Made by a program: the position numbers and the translations under genes
From: Azolla caroliniana
Taxonomy: Eukaryota > Plantae > Polypodiophyta
Length of the DNA: 64,000 bases
Reading direction: 5' to 3'
Assembly: GCA_043228905.1 (NCBI GenBank)
Contig: JBHGNT010000004.1
Span: 3,844,001-3,908,000 of the forward strand
Shown: one piece after another, positions 48,245 to 63,035 of the stretch
Layout: every line of letters begins with the position of its first letter
How positions within the stretch are numbered: position 1 is the stretch's first letter
The notes under the pieces: model-generated
The model's input: the letters and a program-made list of their open reading frames with translations, nothing else
Told to the model about the DNA's origin: nothing
The model's database searches: none

Positions 48245-51200
48245 GCGTATGTGTATTAATTACCGACGCTTGAATAAAGTGACGATCAAGAATTCGTATC
48301 CATTGCCCTGGGCTGACGATCTAATTGACCATCTCCAGGGAGCTCGATATTTTACGAAAGTTGATCTCTGTACTGGCTACCATCAAATTCGTATAACTGA
48401 GGACGATGTTCCTAAAACGGCATTTTGTACGCGCTATGGCCATTATGAGTTTTTGGTTATGCCTTTTGGTTTGACCAATGCTCCGGCTACATTTCAACAA
48501 TAAATGAATGACATTTTCCGAGAACAACTTAGAAAATTTGTCGTTATTTTCTTGGATGATATTTTAGTTTATAGTCATACATTACAAGAACATGCTAAAC
48601 ATGTCCGCTTTGTTTTACAAACATTGCGTGACAAATAGTTTTATGCGAAGATCTCAAAATGTGAGTTCTTCAAGAAATTAATTACTTATCTTAGACATCT
48701 CATAACCGAACGAGGAGTTGAAATTGATCCTTCTCGCATCGAGAAAACCAAGCTTTGGCCCACTCTTCGGAACATTCGAGAAGTTCGATCATTCCTTGGT
48801 TTTGTCAGGTTTTTGCAAAAATCCCTTTGTAATTACTCCCAATTGACGATGTCATTTACTGATCTTCTAAAAGGTCAAACGCGTAAGTCTACAAAACCTA
48901 TTGTCTAGAATGCTACACTAGACCTCGCCTTTAAGGAACTCAAGGACCTGGTATGCAAGGCTCCTTCACTTCTTTTACCTGATCCTTCAAAACCTTTTGA
49001 GGTTGAAACCGATGCAAGAGATTATGTTATAGGTGTTGTCTTATATCAAGATGGTAAACCAATAGCATTCGAGAGTAAGAAACTTGATTCTGCTCAATGT
49101 CGGTATACCGTTCAAGAAAATGAATTATTTGCAGTTATACATGCGCTCAAAACATGGCGCCATTATCTTTATGGAAATCGCTTTGTGGTAACTACGGACC
49201 ACGAGTCCTTGAAATATTTTTGTGACCAACAAGACCTGAAAGGTCGTAAGGCACAATGGGTTGATCTCATCCAGGACTTTGATTTTTCCATACGATATCG
49301 TAAAGGTTCCATGAACACTGTCGCTGACACACTAAGTCACATCCGTGAAGTTAACATGCTTAGCTTCACTAAAATATCATCAGATCTTTATGATCACCTT
49401 CGAGGAAAGTATCATGATGACAGTTATTTTGCAAAATACTAGGCAAGAGTTGAGTCTGGAATAGACACCACCACATCCTCGAAGGAATACTTCCACATTG
49501 CTAACGGTCTGCTCTACCATAATGGGAAGGTTTGTGTTCCAGATTTACCCGAGGTCAAAAAGAGGATTCTTTTTTAATGCCATGATGCACCCTCAACAGG
49601 GCCTGGAATACATCGCACACTCGTTCTCATCTCCACTCAATTCTATTGGCCTAAGATGTGCCCTGACATACATAGTTATGTGACTAAATGTCACCAATGT
49701 CAGGTTAACAAAGTCGAGTGACTTAAAGCCGCAGGACTTTTACATCCCTTGGACATTCCCAATAATAAGTGGGAAAGTATATCCATGAATTTTATTGTTA
49801 GCCTTCCTCACACCCAAAAAGGCCGTGATGCCATCTGGGTTGTGGTTGATAGACTAACTAAAATGGCCATATTTATTGCTACTAAAACCACAGTAACAAC
49901 TCTTGAATTGGCTTACCAATTCGTTGAAGAGTTATTTCGTTTTTATGGGTTACCGATGGATATCGTGAGTGATCGAGATCCAGAATTTACTAGTGACTTC
50001 GGGACGCAAGTCTTTAAGAAGTTAGAAACTACGTTGAGCATGAGCTCCACGGATCATCCTCAATCCGATGGACAAACAGAACGAGTAAATCAAATTATTG
50101 AGGACGTGCTTCGAGCATGCGTTGGTACAAAACCAACAAAATGGGAACGTTATCTCCCAATTTTGGAGTTTGCTTATAACAGCTCCAAGCATACATCGAT
50201 GGGATATAGTCCTTCTATGTTGATGTATGGTTTTCAGCCACGAGCCTCGATTGATGTTAATATACATCATGATGAGTTGCAAAGTACGCAAAACTTTCTT
50301 CGGGATATGCAAGATATGTTGCATATTGCACGAGATAATATAAAAATAGCTCAAGATAGAGCGCATTTTTATGTCGATCATCATAGGCAACCTCGTGTAT
50401 TCAACCCTGGACAAAAGGTATTTTTACGTGTACCTCACAATTCTAAGACATTGTCTAAGGGTAAGTGTGCTAAGTTAGCCCCACGGTTTTGTGGACCTTT
50501 TACAGTCCTCAAACATATTGGGTCATCAGCCTATCGTCTCGCTCTTCCCGATGGTGTTGAAATTCATCCAGTTTTTCATGTGAGTCGTCTAAAAGAACTT
50601 CTAGGTTCTGGCGACAATACAGTTACAACTGAAACTCTGGTTACTTCTGAAGAATTATCTTCTAAACCACATGTACCAGAAAGAATTCTCCATATTAAAA
50701 CAAAAAAATTACGTACTAAAGAAATCCGAGAATTTAAAATAAAATGGATGGATAAATCAATAAAAGATGCCACATGGGAGCACGAAAATTCTCTCAGAAC
50801 TAACTTCCCTAACTTTCCATTGCAAGAGTGCAATGTTTTAAAGAGGGGGAGTATGTTACGGGCATGACCATATAATATCCCGTGGTGAGAATTTACCGTA
50901 GTATTCTATACACATGGATAAGTGTGAGGGTTAAACGAGAGTGTAAAGAAGGGGAGGATTACTTTTAATCCTTGGGATTGAGATAACCCATTAGGCCAAG
51001 GGTGAACTTGTCTGGGGGCCTTGGGTATCACTATAAATAAGAGGCCTCACAACCCTCATTTCATCATCTTGTTGACTACGTCAAGACTCTGTCTTGTGGT
51101 GGGTCAACTCTCATAGCGAGCGCGCCAACACCAGGTACGACTCGACGCCATGGCGGTGGTATGGGACGTCGATCGAGGCTCGAGTCCGTCTCGATCCCTT

Positions 51201-51313
51201 CGCTCGGGGGTGGTCAGGTGGATCGGCACCCTTCTTTCTCTCTCTCCTTTCTATCTATTTCTATCTTTTATCCTTATTTTATGCTTACATTAGTTCATGT
51301 CTCTAATACAATG

Positions 51314-53000
51314 GATCCTTTAATAGAGATTGATTCCCATCCATAAACTCTTACTATCCATACATTTGTTGAGATATCATGCTAAATGCTTTTCATAATG
51401 ATTTGGATATCAAGAAGTTGACATGAATTGAACTTTGCATTCTTGCGCAAAATATTCTAGTTTTTTATTGTTTTTCTTCTAACAATACACCTTTCACAAA
51501 TTTCAATATCACATTTTTTACATGTTTCTTGTCAATCATTGGATTAATAATCCAAAATGTTGCAGATTTAACATGGAGAACTAGAAATATTGTAAACCAT
51601 TCATAACAAGATCTATTAGAATCCTAATATAGGGTTTCCACTCTAGTCCCAAATCAAGCATCATCATGAACCCAACCAAATGGAAGATTCATGGGAATTG
51701 CATCAATTTGAAAGTGGTTATGCATCATTTGCATACATGTGCTAGCTTCAAGGGGTTCTAAGTCTATGTATCAAAGAACTCATAGCATATGGGCCAAAGG
51801 TTTTTGATTCAAGTACTGAACCAATTTGATCACTTGTATAAAAATATCATAATATGATCAATATATTAAAAAAACATCTTATATACTTCAAAAATGTAAT
51901 TCTTTAAATCAAAACCTTTTCTTTTCAAGTTTATCTTACTATTAAAAAGTCAATTATATCATGCAACATTGCATTTGTAGCCATACCTCATCTTAAACCA
52001 CAGACAATTCGATGCCTTTATCATTTACTTCCTTTGTCCGTAATATAGTTTACAAAGTGTGGCAATTTGCTTCTTCTTTCAAAAAGACTATTAGATGACA
52101 CCTTGAGCTTGTGGTCAAGGAATTCACAAAGTGCTCAACCCTATCACCTTTGCATTAATCATTCTTGCTACTGCCAAGGAGAGTCTACTCATTGGGAATT
52201 AAATGATTTTCGATTTAATTTATTCTATAAATAATGAACTATTATCCTCACGAAGAGTTACAATATTATGCCAATCACGTGATTCTGTAGATGTAGTTAT
52301 CGACTTCGGATAAACTAATGTATCAATGCATAGACAATAACATATAAAGAATATTCTCAAATAATTTTACTTGTAATAATAGTGACAAGTTTTGAAAAGA
52401 GGTACACAATCTAGCGTATCACTATTCACTAACAGAGTTGATAGCGACAAAACCATTTTGTCTCATGTGATGTGTGGATATAACCAAGTTTTGGGTTCCA
52501 AAGTCAACAAGGACATGTTGTTTTGTCTGGCTAAGGTTCAAAGGAGTGTGGAACACGCACTCTTCTAATCCCTCGTCAAATTGCACCATTGGCCACTAAT
52601 GGAATGCTTAGGGTGGGTCATATGAACACATTCAAATAATTCATTCTCTACGAGACCAAATTATGTGCATAGATTGATATCAAGCGGGGTGATAAACCTT
52701 TGCAATGTCAAATGTGGAGTGCACCAAAGTAACTTATAAACATTGTGTACCTACCTTAATTGAAGGGTTTGCATATGACCATATCATGCCAAGAGTACGT
52801 ACCTTTTCATAACTCTTGGCTAATAGTTCATGACATTCCCATTTATCTCTAGGATTGAACCATGTCTTTCAAGTGGATATATATTTAATGCATTTGAATT
52901 ATTCTTCACTTATCCTTTCTCAATGTGCATGGAATCAATCATTTTAGAGCTTTGTGTACATAAATTCCAATAACTGTCATGTCTAAATTGTGTTTTCTAG
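51314..53000 (-). mobile_element. Very old Ty3/gypsy pol remnant hosting element 3 (continues at 43500-43718)
   Basis: A WESISI integrase-like motif joins across the CAATG TSD; the rest is heavily decayed. Confidence 0.45.
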
Positions 53001-55699
53001 CATTGTCCTTTGAAGAGCGTTAGTACCACTTACATATGTGAACGTATGTGTTTCAAATTTAACATTTCCTTTCAAAGGGTATCGTTACCACTTACATGAA
53101 CATATATGTTTCAACTTTAGCATTGCCTTTTAAAGAGGGTACTACTATTGATCCACTCATTGTATTGAGGAATGATGCCATTTTGTAAGAGAACATGTTG
53201 TTGTACCGCTAGTGTGCATGGGCGCAAAGTCATCGCAAACTAAACTTTTGAACACTTTTTTTAGTGTGAACCCAATATTAAACCTAATGTTCGACACTTT
53301 ACCCATAACTTTAATATTCCATAAAAGTGCTACACCATCAAGTTTTGTACATTCAATTTTCGAGCTTCAATAAGTAACATAGTTAATCTATGAGTAATGA
53401 TTTGTTTATGTGTAAAGTCACTCTCTTGACTATGTACAAAAGCAATGTGTCTCCATGTTTTAGCACACATTGTCTTATTTTATTACTTTTTTAAGTGTTC
53501 ATCTTAGTGTCTAATCAATCACCAGTCCAGCTAATTGGAACTTCTTACATTCATGTTCAACAAATTCTAGAGTTTTTTTCTATATGAGTGGTTTTTCAAG
53601 AAAATTCATGTTGTTGAAGCTATATGATAGAGCTTTCAAAATGATCAATTCAATTTGTTTATGTAAACATGTGGCCCAAACTTTTGCATGGCTTGCCACG
53701 AAGATTACATAAGTAAAATTTAGACTTCTTTTCCGCTCAATCAAATTTGGATTTGTGAGTAAACAAAACGATTTTTTGAGCATATTTGAAATGGAAATAT
53801 TTTCTTATTCCAAAACACTAATAAAAAAGAGCAGAGACTTTGTGGAGTTCATAAGAATATTACCATAACTTCATTAGCATCTTTTAGCATTTGGAGTGCA
53901 TGTAGGTATTATTCTCCCCTTATATAATGAGAGACACTGAGACCATCCATGCGGATTATTTGTATGAACTGTGTTGATATTGAGTTAGAAAACGTGGGGC
54001 AAAGAGCCTTAAAGAATGATAGGTGTAGGAAAGAACCTAATTCATCATGACCTATCCTTAAAGTACAATGAAGCACCTCATTATAATAATCATTCTTACA
54101 CAACATACTTGTGAGTTCAAGTTGCAATTCTAAGCAATTAGATGGGCAACTTTTCATTCCAATTGAACTTGATGTATCCCTACGATGGTGAAATTAAGAT
54201 TCGGCTAATGGATCATGGAAATAACGTTGTTTGAATTGCACAACTTCATCAAATAAGTATAAAGTTATGTTCCTTAAAGTTTTTTCAAAGATACTTGGCA
54301 TTTGGTCTTTATTCATGTATAGGAAAGATAAGACATGCACAAGTACTTAACCTCGAAACATACATCTTCTTTTAGCATCCTTTCAAGATCAACCAACAAT
54401 AAACTTGTGATTATTCAAACTGTAATCAATTTTCAAAGGTAATACCTTAACAAAGTATGGAATATGATTAAATATAAAGTAACACTTTCAAAGGAAAAGA
54501 GAGAGGATCTTGATTCCTTAGCATAGGACATAAAATCAAAAGACCATTCCCTTGCATTCCATTCCATGGTACATGTGAACTTTGAGGAAGGGCAGGGATA
54601 TAATCACAATCATCCATGTATTGATTATATGATAATAATTGTGCCAAGAATATAAATGCATATATTTATTTATTTTTCCAAAACAAAAACTCATTGCATT
54701 AGTTATAAAATTTTACAGTTGTGAATGTTATATACAAACCGTAGAAGGGGCTCGATAGTTGCTTCTTATGCGGAGACCCATTGATTCAAGAGTAGGAGAG
54801 GACAACCATTGTTGGATGAACGTTAATCGTTGTCTTTCGGCTCCTTCGGATTCGCCCGTGATGCCATCGTATCGGTGCTTTAGTGTGGCTATAGCTTACT
54901 CCATATCTCATGTAATAACATCGTCTGGTGAACGATTTGATTGGAGAAACCCATGTACAACGTTGTTTCCAGATAGTTCATAGTGTTATTGGGCTAACCA
55001 ATTCCATTACGACTTGATCTTCTTCTTCTTTTCCAAAAACATCTACTTCCATTAGTTAAGAATGTACAAAGGAATCATTTACAACTCATATCTTACAAGA
55101 CATCTTGCATGTCAAAGGAAAACAATGTGTAGATGAAACAACATAAAAAAAACAACTCCAAAACACCACATCATTCTATGTGTATAGCATTACTCGAACA
55201 CATATTCTCCACGTGAGCCTCATACAAAACAGAATTCAGCATAGATGTCCTCCATTCACTCCTCATGGCAGCACCCATCTAGATGTTAGGAACACTTGGA
55301 GGGAACAGCCACTGCGGTGGTTGATAATTCCACTTCACTTTACCATCCATTATCTGCAGCATCGACGAACCGCTCCATTTCCGAAGGAATCTTTGGCATT
55401 GATGTGGGTTGAGTGAACATTGTCAATGGTGGAAAACAATATCTCATGTGCCTTTATCACAAACGGCATCCCCTCCTCCTGATGTTTTGTATCTGTCAAT
55501 TAGGGCATGCCATTATAACCAACATACATTTCCCTACTTGATTGAGTCTTGCACCTTGCATAATTTGACCAACCCCCCGAGTCCATATTCAGTGATAAAT
55601 GCATACATATTGTTGTTAATGACAAAATTGAGCATAAATGGATAAATAATTCCTATTGTGAATGTAGAAATAAATTATTTTCTAGCAATAGATAGATGT

Positions 55700-56900
55700 C
55701 TTTTTAACATCCACAAGAGACATTAATTTCATATCAAAACACCAAGTTAACAAAGTGAAATGTATAAAGTGGCACACAGTAGACAAAGCACTCAAAAGTA
55801 AAGAACGTGTATTTGATGTGGGATGTCAATGAGTTGTAAACAATTGATTAAAAATTGTTTGCTTGAAGAAGCTAACAACTTGTATAATTCGTTTCAACCA
55901 ATGACCTCATGCTTCCATATCTATTCATTGCTTGATAATGTCACATGGATTCTATCCAAAGAACCAAAAATTATTTCCCAAACCTTTGCCCAAGAAATCT
56001 AAGTAAAAGTGATGCGTTTGTATAAATTATTTGGTGAGTGAGCATGCCCTTATTAACTATAATATTATTTCCGATTCTCCACAACATCACATGCAATATA
56101 TTGAAGAAACTAATCTCTTTTAAAGATTCAATATTATGGTCTCCATAGGAATACCCTTTGTTTAAGTGAAGACCAAACCTCTACATACCTATCAACCTAT
56201 TTTTCCACCAAGTTATGCATTGCATTAACTAGCACAAAACATTTGCATGTTCTTAAAAACAATCACAAGTCTTTTTATCTCTGTCTAAATGAGGCTCAAG
56301 TACTAATCAGAGTGCCAACTCTATTGATTTAATTCCATTTGGCTTTTTTATGTGGTCCAAGACCATAAGAACATGCCATGTTATTGACGCTTAATATGTG
56401 ACCTTGATCATTTATCAAACCTTGAATTGGGACTAGCCAATTCTTTGGTAAGAAAAACAACTTTTTCTGTTAAACTAAAGATGATGGAGATGTGACATCT
56501 TAATGTTAGATTCTTAGTTCAAACAAATCCCTGATTTTTATTCATTGCATTCAATACTTCCTTCCGATCTTTTAATTTCATTTAAGGGGGGTGACCTTAG
56601 GCCACCCTTTGAAATAATCTAAAACCTTACAATCAATTTGCATGCCCTCGTCAACTATACAGAATCCTGGAACTAAATGAACGTCTTTGATATGTCCATC
56701 AAGCTTCTCAAACACTACATCCCAATTATTAGTATGGCATGGTTTTTAAATTGGCAAACGTATAATATGCCATGTGGCATCCTTCCTCAAGACAATGATT
56801 ATTGAGCAAAATTTTCTAACCAACATATGCTATTTCACATTGCATATAATGCCCCCAACCTTATTATTTGCAACACACTTGGTTTACCAATTCACCTATG
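55700..56900 (-). mobile_element. Degraded L1/Tx1-like LINE ORF2 C-terminal remnant
   Basis: ATWHIIRLPI resembles VAWxxICLPK; WLVPIQGLINDQGHILS; a decayed zf-RVT-like Cys motif. Confidence 0.4.
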
Positions 56901-59900
56901 TCACTCATCGGTGTGTCTATCTCTTAGTGGCATGTCCTCAAGGTGACAATAAGATATGTGATTCATCTTTTTGCCATTGATATTTGAGTTGCCCATCCAT
57001 CCTTTAAGATTCGGCTTCCATAATTTTGGGTCACAAATACTTTCATGGTTTGTGCTCGTTAAGAAAGGCATGCAATTCTCATACTCATCATGCAAGGCAT
57101 ACTTAAGCAATGGATTATCCAGGACTAGTTCCTTATTGGGATGTTTAATGGTAAATTTTAATTGAACTTGAGTGTACATTTATTAGTTCCCAACCATTAG
57201 TTCTGAGGAATAAAATGAATTGTTTGCAGTTATTTAAAGCATCTAGTTGAGAATTATACATACTTCAATATCTATATATGTAATATAATCAAACATGCAT
57301 ATTCATCTTAATGATCTAGAAATTTATTTATCATTAAAATTGTGTCATGTCATTGTGAGAAATTGCCACAATCAAGAAGATCATGGGTTCAAGACCTCAA
57401 GGTCAATAAAAATATGGCCTACCACAAAGGCATAGATAGATAGATATCATTTAAACATCCATGGGAGACCAATTGCAGTCTATGGGATGGTGCCTAGCCC
57501 ATGGTGATTAGGAGAGGGGGAATGCTAGTGTGTGTGTGTGACATGTTGGGTTAACATAAACTAATGACAATGATATTAAGAGAAAGTATCTTCATGTGGT
57601 AATAGGCAAGGGAAAAGGAACAAAGACTTCTAGGCTATATTCATGTGGTATTGGAAAAGAAGAAAGCAAGTGCATGATGCATGCCCGTTTGAGATTCTTG
57701 TACCACAAGTAAATCCCTCCTTGCACTTGTTGAAATGTGTTGGTCACCTACTAGTGATTGCTACTAATGAACAAACCTCTTTGGAGTATTTTACATATTC
57801 CCTCTTACATTTTTCTAATGACAATTCGGTTGTAGTTGGCTTTTTATTCTCTTAGAAAGTGTAAGGTATGGAAGCATCCTATTTATTATTAAATGGATAA
57901 ATTTTTTATATATAAATTTAATGGGTACAAAGGGAATCAGTCTTAGGAGTTCAAGTTTCCAACGTTCTTTAACAAGATGAACAGTTGACTATGCACAATC
58001 ACATGGATCTTGGACAAGAAGAACCAATATTAAAAATGTCAATCATATGGGTATGGTTGACCTATTTCAATACCAAGGGTTGATTGTTCTCAAAAAAACA
58101 AAAGAAAATGCTATTGTACATTGCAATATTTTCATTGTCAACAATGAACATTATGAGTTTATGTGACTTACATTCACTATCAATAGTTGTTAAAATGATA
58201 GGACTAGAATTGCAAGATGAAATGTTGTTTGTAGCAGCACTTCCACCTATTTTCTCATAATGAATATGTTCCACGTAGATGAATTTGATCGCAAATATGC
58301 ATTTGGGGTCCACAATTGTCATGTAAAAACTCAAGAGATCATGTTAGATGTAATCTTTTGTGCTTTAAATACAAAATCAAACCCTTCAACCTAAGCGTGT
58401 CTAGAATCTAGTTGTATTCCCATGTCGAGAATGAGTCCAATGTGGCATATTTAATATATTAGTCGGGGCACTTTGCATCACAATATTTGAAAGTTGTGAA
58501 TGATCTATGGGGAGTTTTCTTTAGTAGATGATTACATATGCCAGTTATCTGATGTCCAAATTTAACTTGAGCACCAAGGTGCAACACAATCTACGTCCTC
58601 CTCTAGATTAAAGTCGTATTTAGTGTACACATTGATGATCCAAAAGGTAAAAACCCATGGATTGATACTTGTCATATTGGATATCTACAAGAAACTTAGG
58701 TGGTTCAACAAATGGACTAGAAAATCCCTAGAATGTGTTAGTGTCTGCTAATTTTAAAGTTATAAGAACCTATCAAAAGGATTTATATGGAAGCAATATG
58801 AAAGTGTAGTAGTTCATCACATAGATGTACTTTGTGTTGTTATATATTTTGAGTAGGCTAGAAGATCAAACAACTTACTCAGCCAATATCGAAACATATA
58901 ACGTAATAAACTGAAAATATCGAAACATGTATGAAATTTGTGTTCGTTGAATTTAAGGTAATGGAAAGAAGGATTAATTTAAGCGAGAAGGCGGTGAAAT
59001 GCCACTTTAAATAGGAAATCTATTATATAAAGTTTCTTCATTTGAATCTTCCATCAAAGGAGATTGCATAGTTGCATCTCTCTGGATATCTCTTTTAGAA
59101 GATGAATTAATGAAGCCACTATGAAAGAGGTCCAATGTACCCATCTTTATCATGTATGTATGTACTTTGTGTCAATACATATTATAAGTAGGCTAGAGCG
59201 AGGACCAAATTAGGGGCTATGATCTCCCCAATCGACTACTTTTCAAGGAGTTCGAATATTTTGGGGCCATCTTGTGGTTACATTCCTAAAAGATTCGTCT
59301 AATTTTGGAATAAATTATGAAAATACAATTAATACCCCACAAAACAAAAGACTAAATTCTGGGAAAGTCTAAAGGTCGACCATATTTTCTACGCTTTCAT
59401 GGATTTGTAGCCTAAAAACTTGTCCAACAGTTTTTTATATTTGGGTAAGTCCAAGAATTTCCTCATATTTTATCTTGATTAGTAGCACTTGTTCCTCATA
59501 CAATTCCTCATACAATGGGGGAGATATGAAAAATGCTAAAAAATATGTTTTTGGTCCTACATTATGCATGACCCTTTAAATTTTTAAAAGAAGAAAACAC
59601 CCCTTCATAGGCTAGTAGATGTTCTAGTCATTGGGAATAATGAACCACCTTATCTATTGGAAATTAACGTTTTAGGGTTCAGCCACTTTTATATTACAGA
59701 TCAAACAATTTGTTTTAGATAAAAACACATTTTTGGCCCATAAACGTTTTTGACACATTTTAAATTATTTGTGCTTTAACCAAAAGATTACTTCGATGGC
59801 ATGTGAAATATGGTGGATTGATCCTCACAAATTAATGATTTGGATGAGTCCTTTAACGTGTGCATCCAAGTTAAACAAGTGATTACTTTGATCTCATACA

Positions 59901-61381
59901 AGCCGTTGACAATTGGAATCTCACTATTAGGCATTTAGATCAAAATTCCTTGAATGTATGCATACTAAACAAAATGTTCCCGGAAACAAATGTAGAATAA
60001 TGAGAGTTGATCATTAACGCAGCATTTTAAAGATTCCTTTAAAACACTAGCTATGTTGACAAAGGATCTCAACTTGCAATTTAGGAAGCAAGATTATAGC
60101 TAGGAAACTCTTTAAACCTTGCCTATTTTTTAATGTCAATTAATATCTCATGAATCCTCTAGAATACCTTAATGAAAGCATTGTGGTTGAGGAATCACAA
60201 ATAGTTTGAAAGGGTTATATGAGAAATAGCATTGCATGCACATTTTCCTCAAAGATCTTAGTCTTGATGTATTTAATGTATAACAATGGATTGTATCCAT
60301 CATGTGTGATTTGTATTCTAATATGAAGTAGAGCTTTAGAAGGACATTAAAGGTAGCGACTGAATGTGGAAAGCAATGGCTTTAAAGTCTAGACATAACT
60401 TTTAGATATAGTAACAACTCTATTGAGAATCTTGGTTAGTTTCACGAAAACTTCCTCGATTTGTATGGCTTGTGTCAAATTTTATGTGCTGCTTTTGTCC
60501 TAAAGATCTAAAGTATGAAAAGTGCAAGAAGTAAGATATATGTATCCAATTATAATGACAAGAGTACTTACTCATGGCTAGAGTGATATAAATGATACCA
60601 AAAGGCATGATTTGTAGCCATTATGAGCTGGTAATGGAAAATCGTTGATGTGTCGTAGTTGTTATCGGATGAAGATAATTCTTCTCGAGGTTAGGAAACT
60701 TCACCAAGTCGTAAGCTATGTAACTTGAAACTTACTCTAAAGTTTCTAGCTCTTTGTTTAACTTTTAAAATATACAATGTGGGCTGAATATTTAATTTAT
60801 AAATATAGTCATGGACATGAGCTACCAATCATAGGTTAGGTACATATTACACCCAACATGGCATCTCTAAATTCTAGCCCTATTTGTTATTTGGTTTTCA
60901 CTCTTTGTATTGCTGAAAATATGACAATATCAATGTTGTAAACCTCTCTCTCTCTTTCTATATGGACATGACTACAAGTGTGCAAGAACTCAAAGTAAAA
61001 CTATGACGGAATTATGGAGCGAACACATTGCCCAAGACTCAACCCCACAATCTTAACCAACCTTACCACTACATTCTCATGTTTCTATACCTGATTTTTA
61101 TAGTTCTTACTAGTAATTCATTCCCATTGTAGCATGTTGTTTTTAACCGTAGGCTAAGGTAAAATATTTATGAAATCTTAATCATGTTAATTATTTCATA
61201 TTGTGCTTTAGTATGTTGCTTTAAATCTCACATAGTGGACAAAATTATAATGTAAATCTATCAAGTTTCTCCTCAAAGCGTGGTTTCAAGCGCAAGCTTT
61301 AGAAGTACATAATTGCATTTATATATTTTACATTAGTAAGGGACGCCATAGTGATGTGAAAAATCTCCCATGTGTATCTTA

Positions 61382-61802
61382 GCATGTAAGTTTCTTAACC
61401 TCTTCTTAATATCGTATCATTCACTGACTTATTCTCCATGCATGTGTAATTGTTTGAATTGTACATTAAATGATTGGCAATCTTAATTAGTGGCTCCCTT
61501 TTATATCTATACTTGTGTGTGTCTTAGCATTAAATGCAATGCCATGATCATTGACGATGTTTATGACGATTTTGTAAAGGCATTCTTGTAGAAGTGAAGC
61601 AATCTTTTGCATGTAAATATCTCAACCTCTTCTTAATATCTTATCATTCACTAAATTATTCCCCATGCATGTGTAATTGTTTAAATCATACATTGAGTAA
61701 TTGGAAATCTTAATTAGTGGCTCCCTTTAATGTATACTTGTACGTCTCTTAGCATTAAAGGTAATGTTATTATCAGTGAAGATGTTTATGACAATTTTGT
61801 AA
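61382..61802. repeat. Diverged tandem duplication (~195-bp unit, period ~227)
   Basis: aacctcttcttaatatc.tatcattcact...gatgtttatgac.attttgtaa occurs twice. Confidence 0.85.
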
Positions 61803-62099
61803 TTGAGTTCTTTATGTTGAATAGCAAAAAATAGCTCACTATTACAAACATATTTGTATACTCTCTCACATTATGTCTCAAAGCCAAGTTTCCACATTGC
61901 ATCGTAGCATGTAATAAGATATTCTTATTTAATTGTGAGTAATTATTATTGTTACCTAGTTAGCGTTTAAAATTAGTTTGGTGTATTCGTCATTTTGGAG
62001 TATTCTACTTTGCAAGCAACCTTACAATGCATTCATTGATATCTCACATTCGTGTTCACATGAACCATTGATATTGTGATTCCTTCTTAATATAGAATA

Positions 62100-62145
62100 C
62101 ACACATACATACACACATACACACATACACACATACATACATACA

Positions 62146-62175
<30 letters not shown>
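62100..62175. repeat. (ATAC)n/(AC)n compound microsatellite
   Basis: Direct reading. Confidence 0.9.
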
Positions 62176-62176
<1 letters not shown>

Positions 62177-62879
62177 TAGCGTGATTTACATATTCATGAT
62201 CTCAAATCATTCTTGAACAACTAGTGATTATCTTATACATTGGCATTACATTTAACAAATATTTTCAACTTCAAAAGAGTAAACAAATAGCCCCCAAAGA
62301 GTTGTTCTTAGTTTCAAATACGTATAGAACCTAGAGACAATCACTCTTTAGATATCAACATCGACACACAACCCAAGTAGGTGGGGAGAAAGTGAAGATC
62401 GCTTTTGGTCCGACAAAATATTTTATAGTTTTGAAGGGCATTGACTTGGTAGGGAAGGTCTCATTATAAAGATACCTATATATTTTGGTGCATGTATTTC
62501 ATTTCATTGCACAATAGATGCATGTTGTCGTTTGATAGAGACCTAGGGCTCAACTTGAACCATAAGATCAAGGTTGAGGAAACATCCGCGAAATAGGTTC
62601 TCTTGTGGGGCGGAACTTATTTGGGCTTCAAAGAATTGTGAAATATTGCGGGCATTGTAGATCGCTGAACAACAACTTGGGTTAGTGATGATGAAATTGG
62701 TACGGTATGCAATATAAGAGGTGAAGACGGAAGCAAAAAGGTGAACGGACAAGTTTTGAAGAGAATATCCCAACCCTTTTTACAAGCATGGTGAAGTACA
62801 GACATGACCAAAGCACACATAAAGTGAAATATGCACACTTGGTGAGATGAAACTTTTGACGAATTGAGCACAAATTGAT

Positions 62880-63035
62880 AGAACAAGAGAAGAGTGAGCT
62901 TTTATGTCTTCCCTTAACATTGACAAACGGACAGAACTAGAGAAGACTGAGCTTTTATTTCTTCATTGAATGTGGACAAATGGATAAAGCTAGAGAAGAG
63001 AGCTTTTATTTCTTCGCATAATGTGGACAAAATAA
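62880..63035. repeat. ~52-bp tandem repeat, 3 copies
   Basis: agagaaga..gagcttttat.tcttc...gacaaa occurs three times. Confidence 0.8.

Larger units (their letters stand above)
43724..51308 (+). mobile_element. Full-length decayed Ty3/gypsy chromovirus (element 3; tRNA-Met primed, Reina/Tekay-like chromodomain)
   Basis: LTRs 43724-44180 and 50854-51308; perfect TSD CAATG; degenerate PBS ttgttttagagc; PPT aaagagggggagta; [44 protein letters not shown] 49749-50867 with GPY/F and chromodomain. Confidence 0.95.

Noticed and set aside
46369-50867. Long ORFs (322 aa and 372 aa) as host or domesticated genes
   Set aside because: They are gag-PR and integrase fragments of element 3. The pol between them has stops, frameshifts and a solo-LTR insertion.
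59850-60700. Possible LINE RT remnant on the + strand
   Set aside because: Only faint resemblance to DLEKAYD and RQGDPLSP motifs; too decayed to support as a feature.
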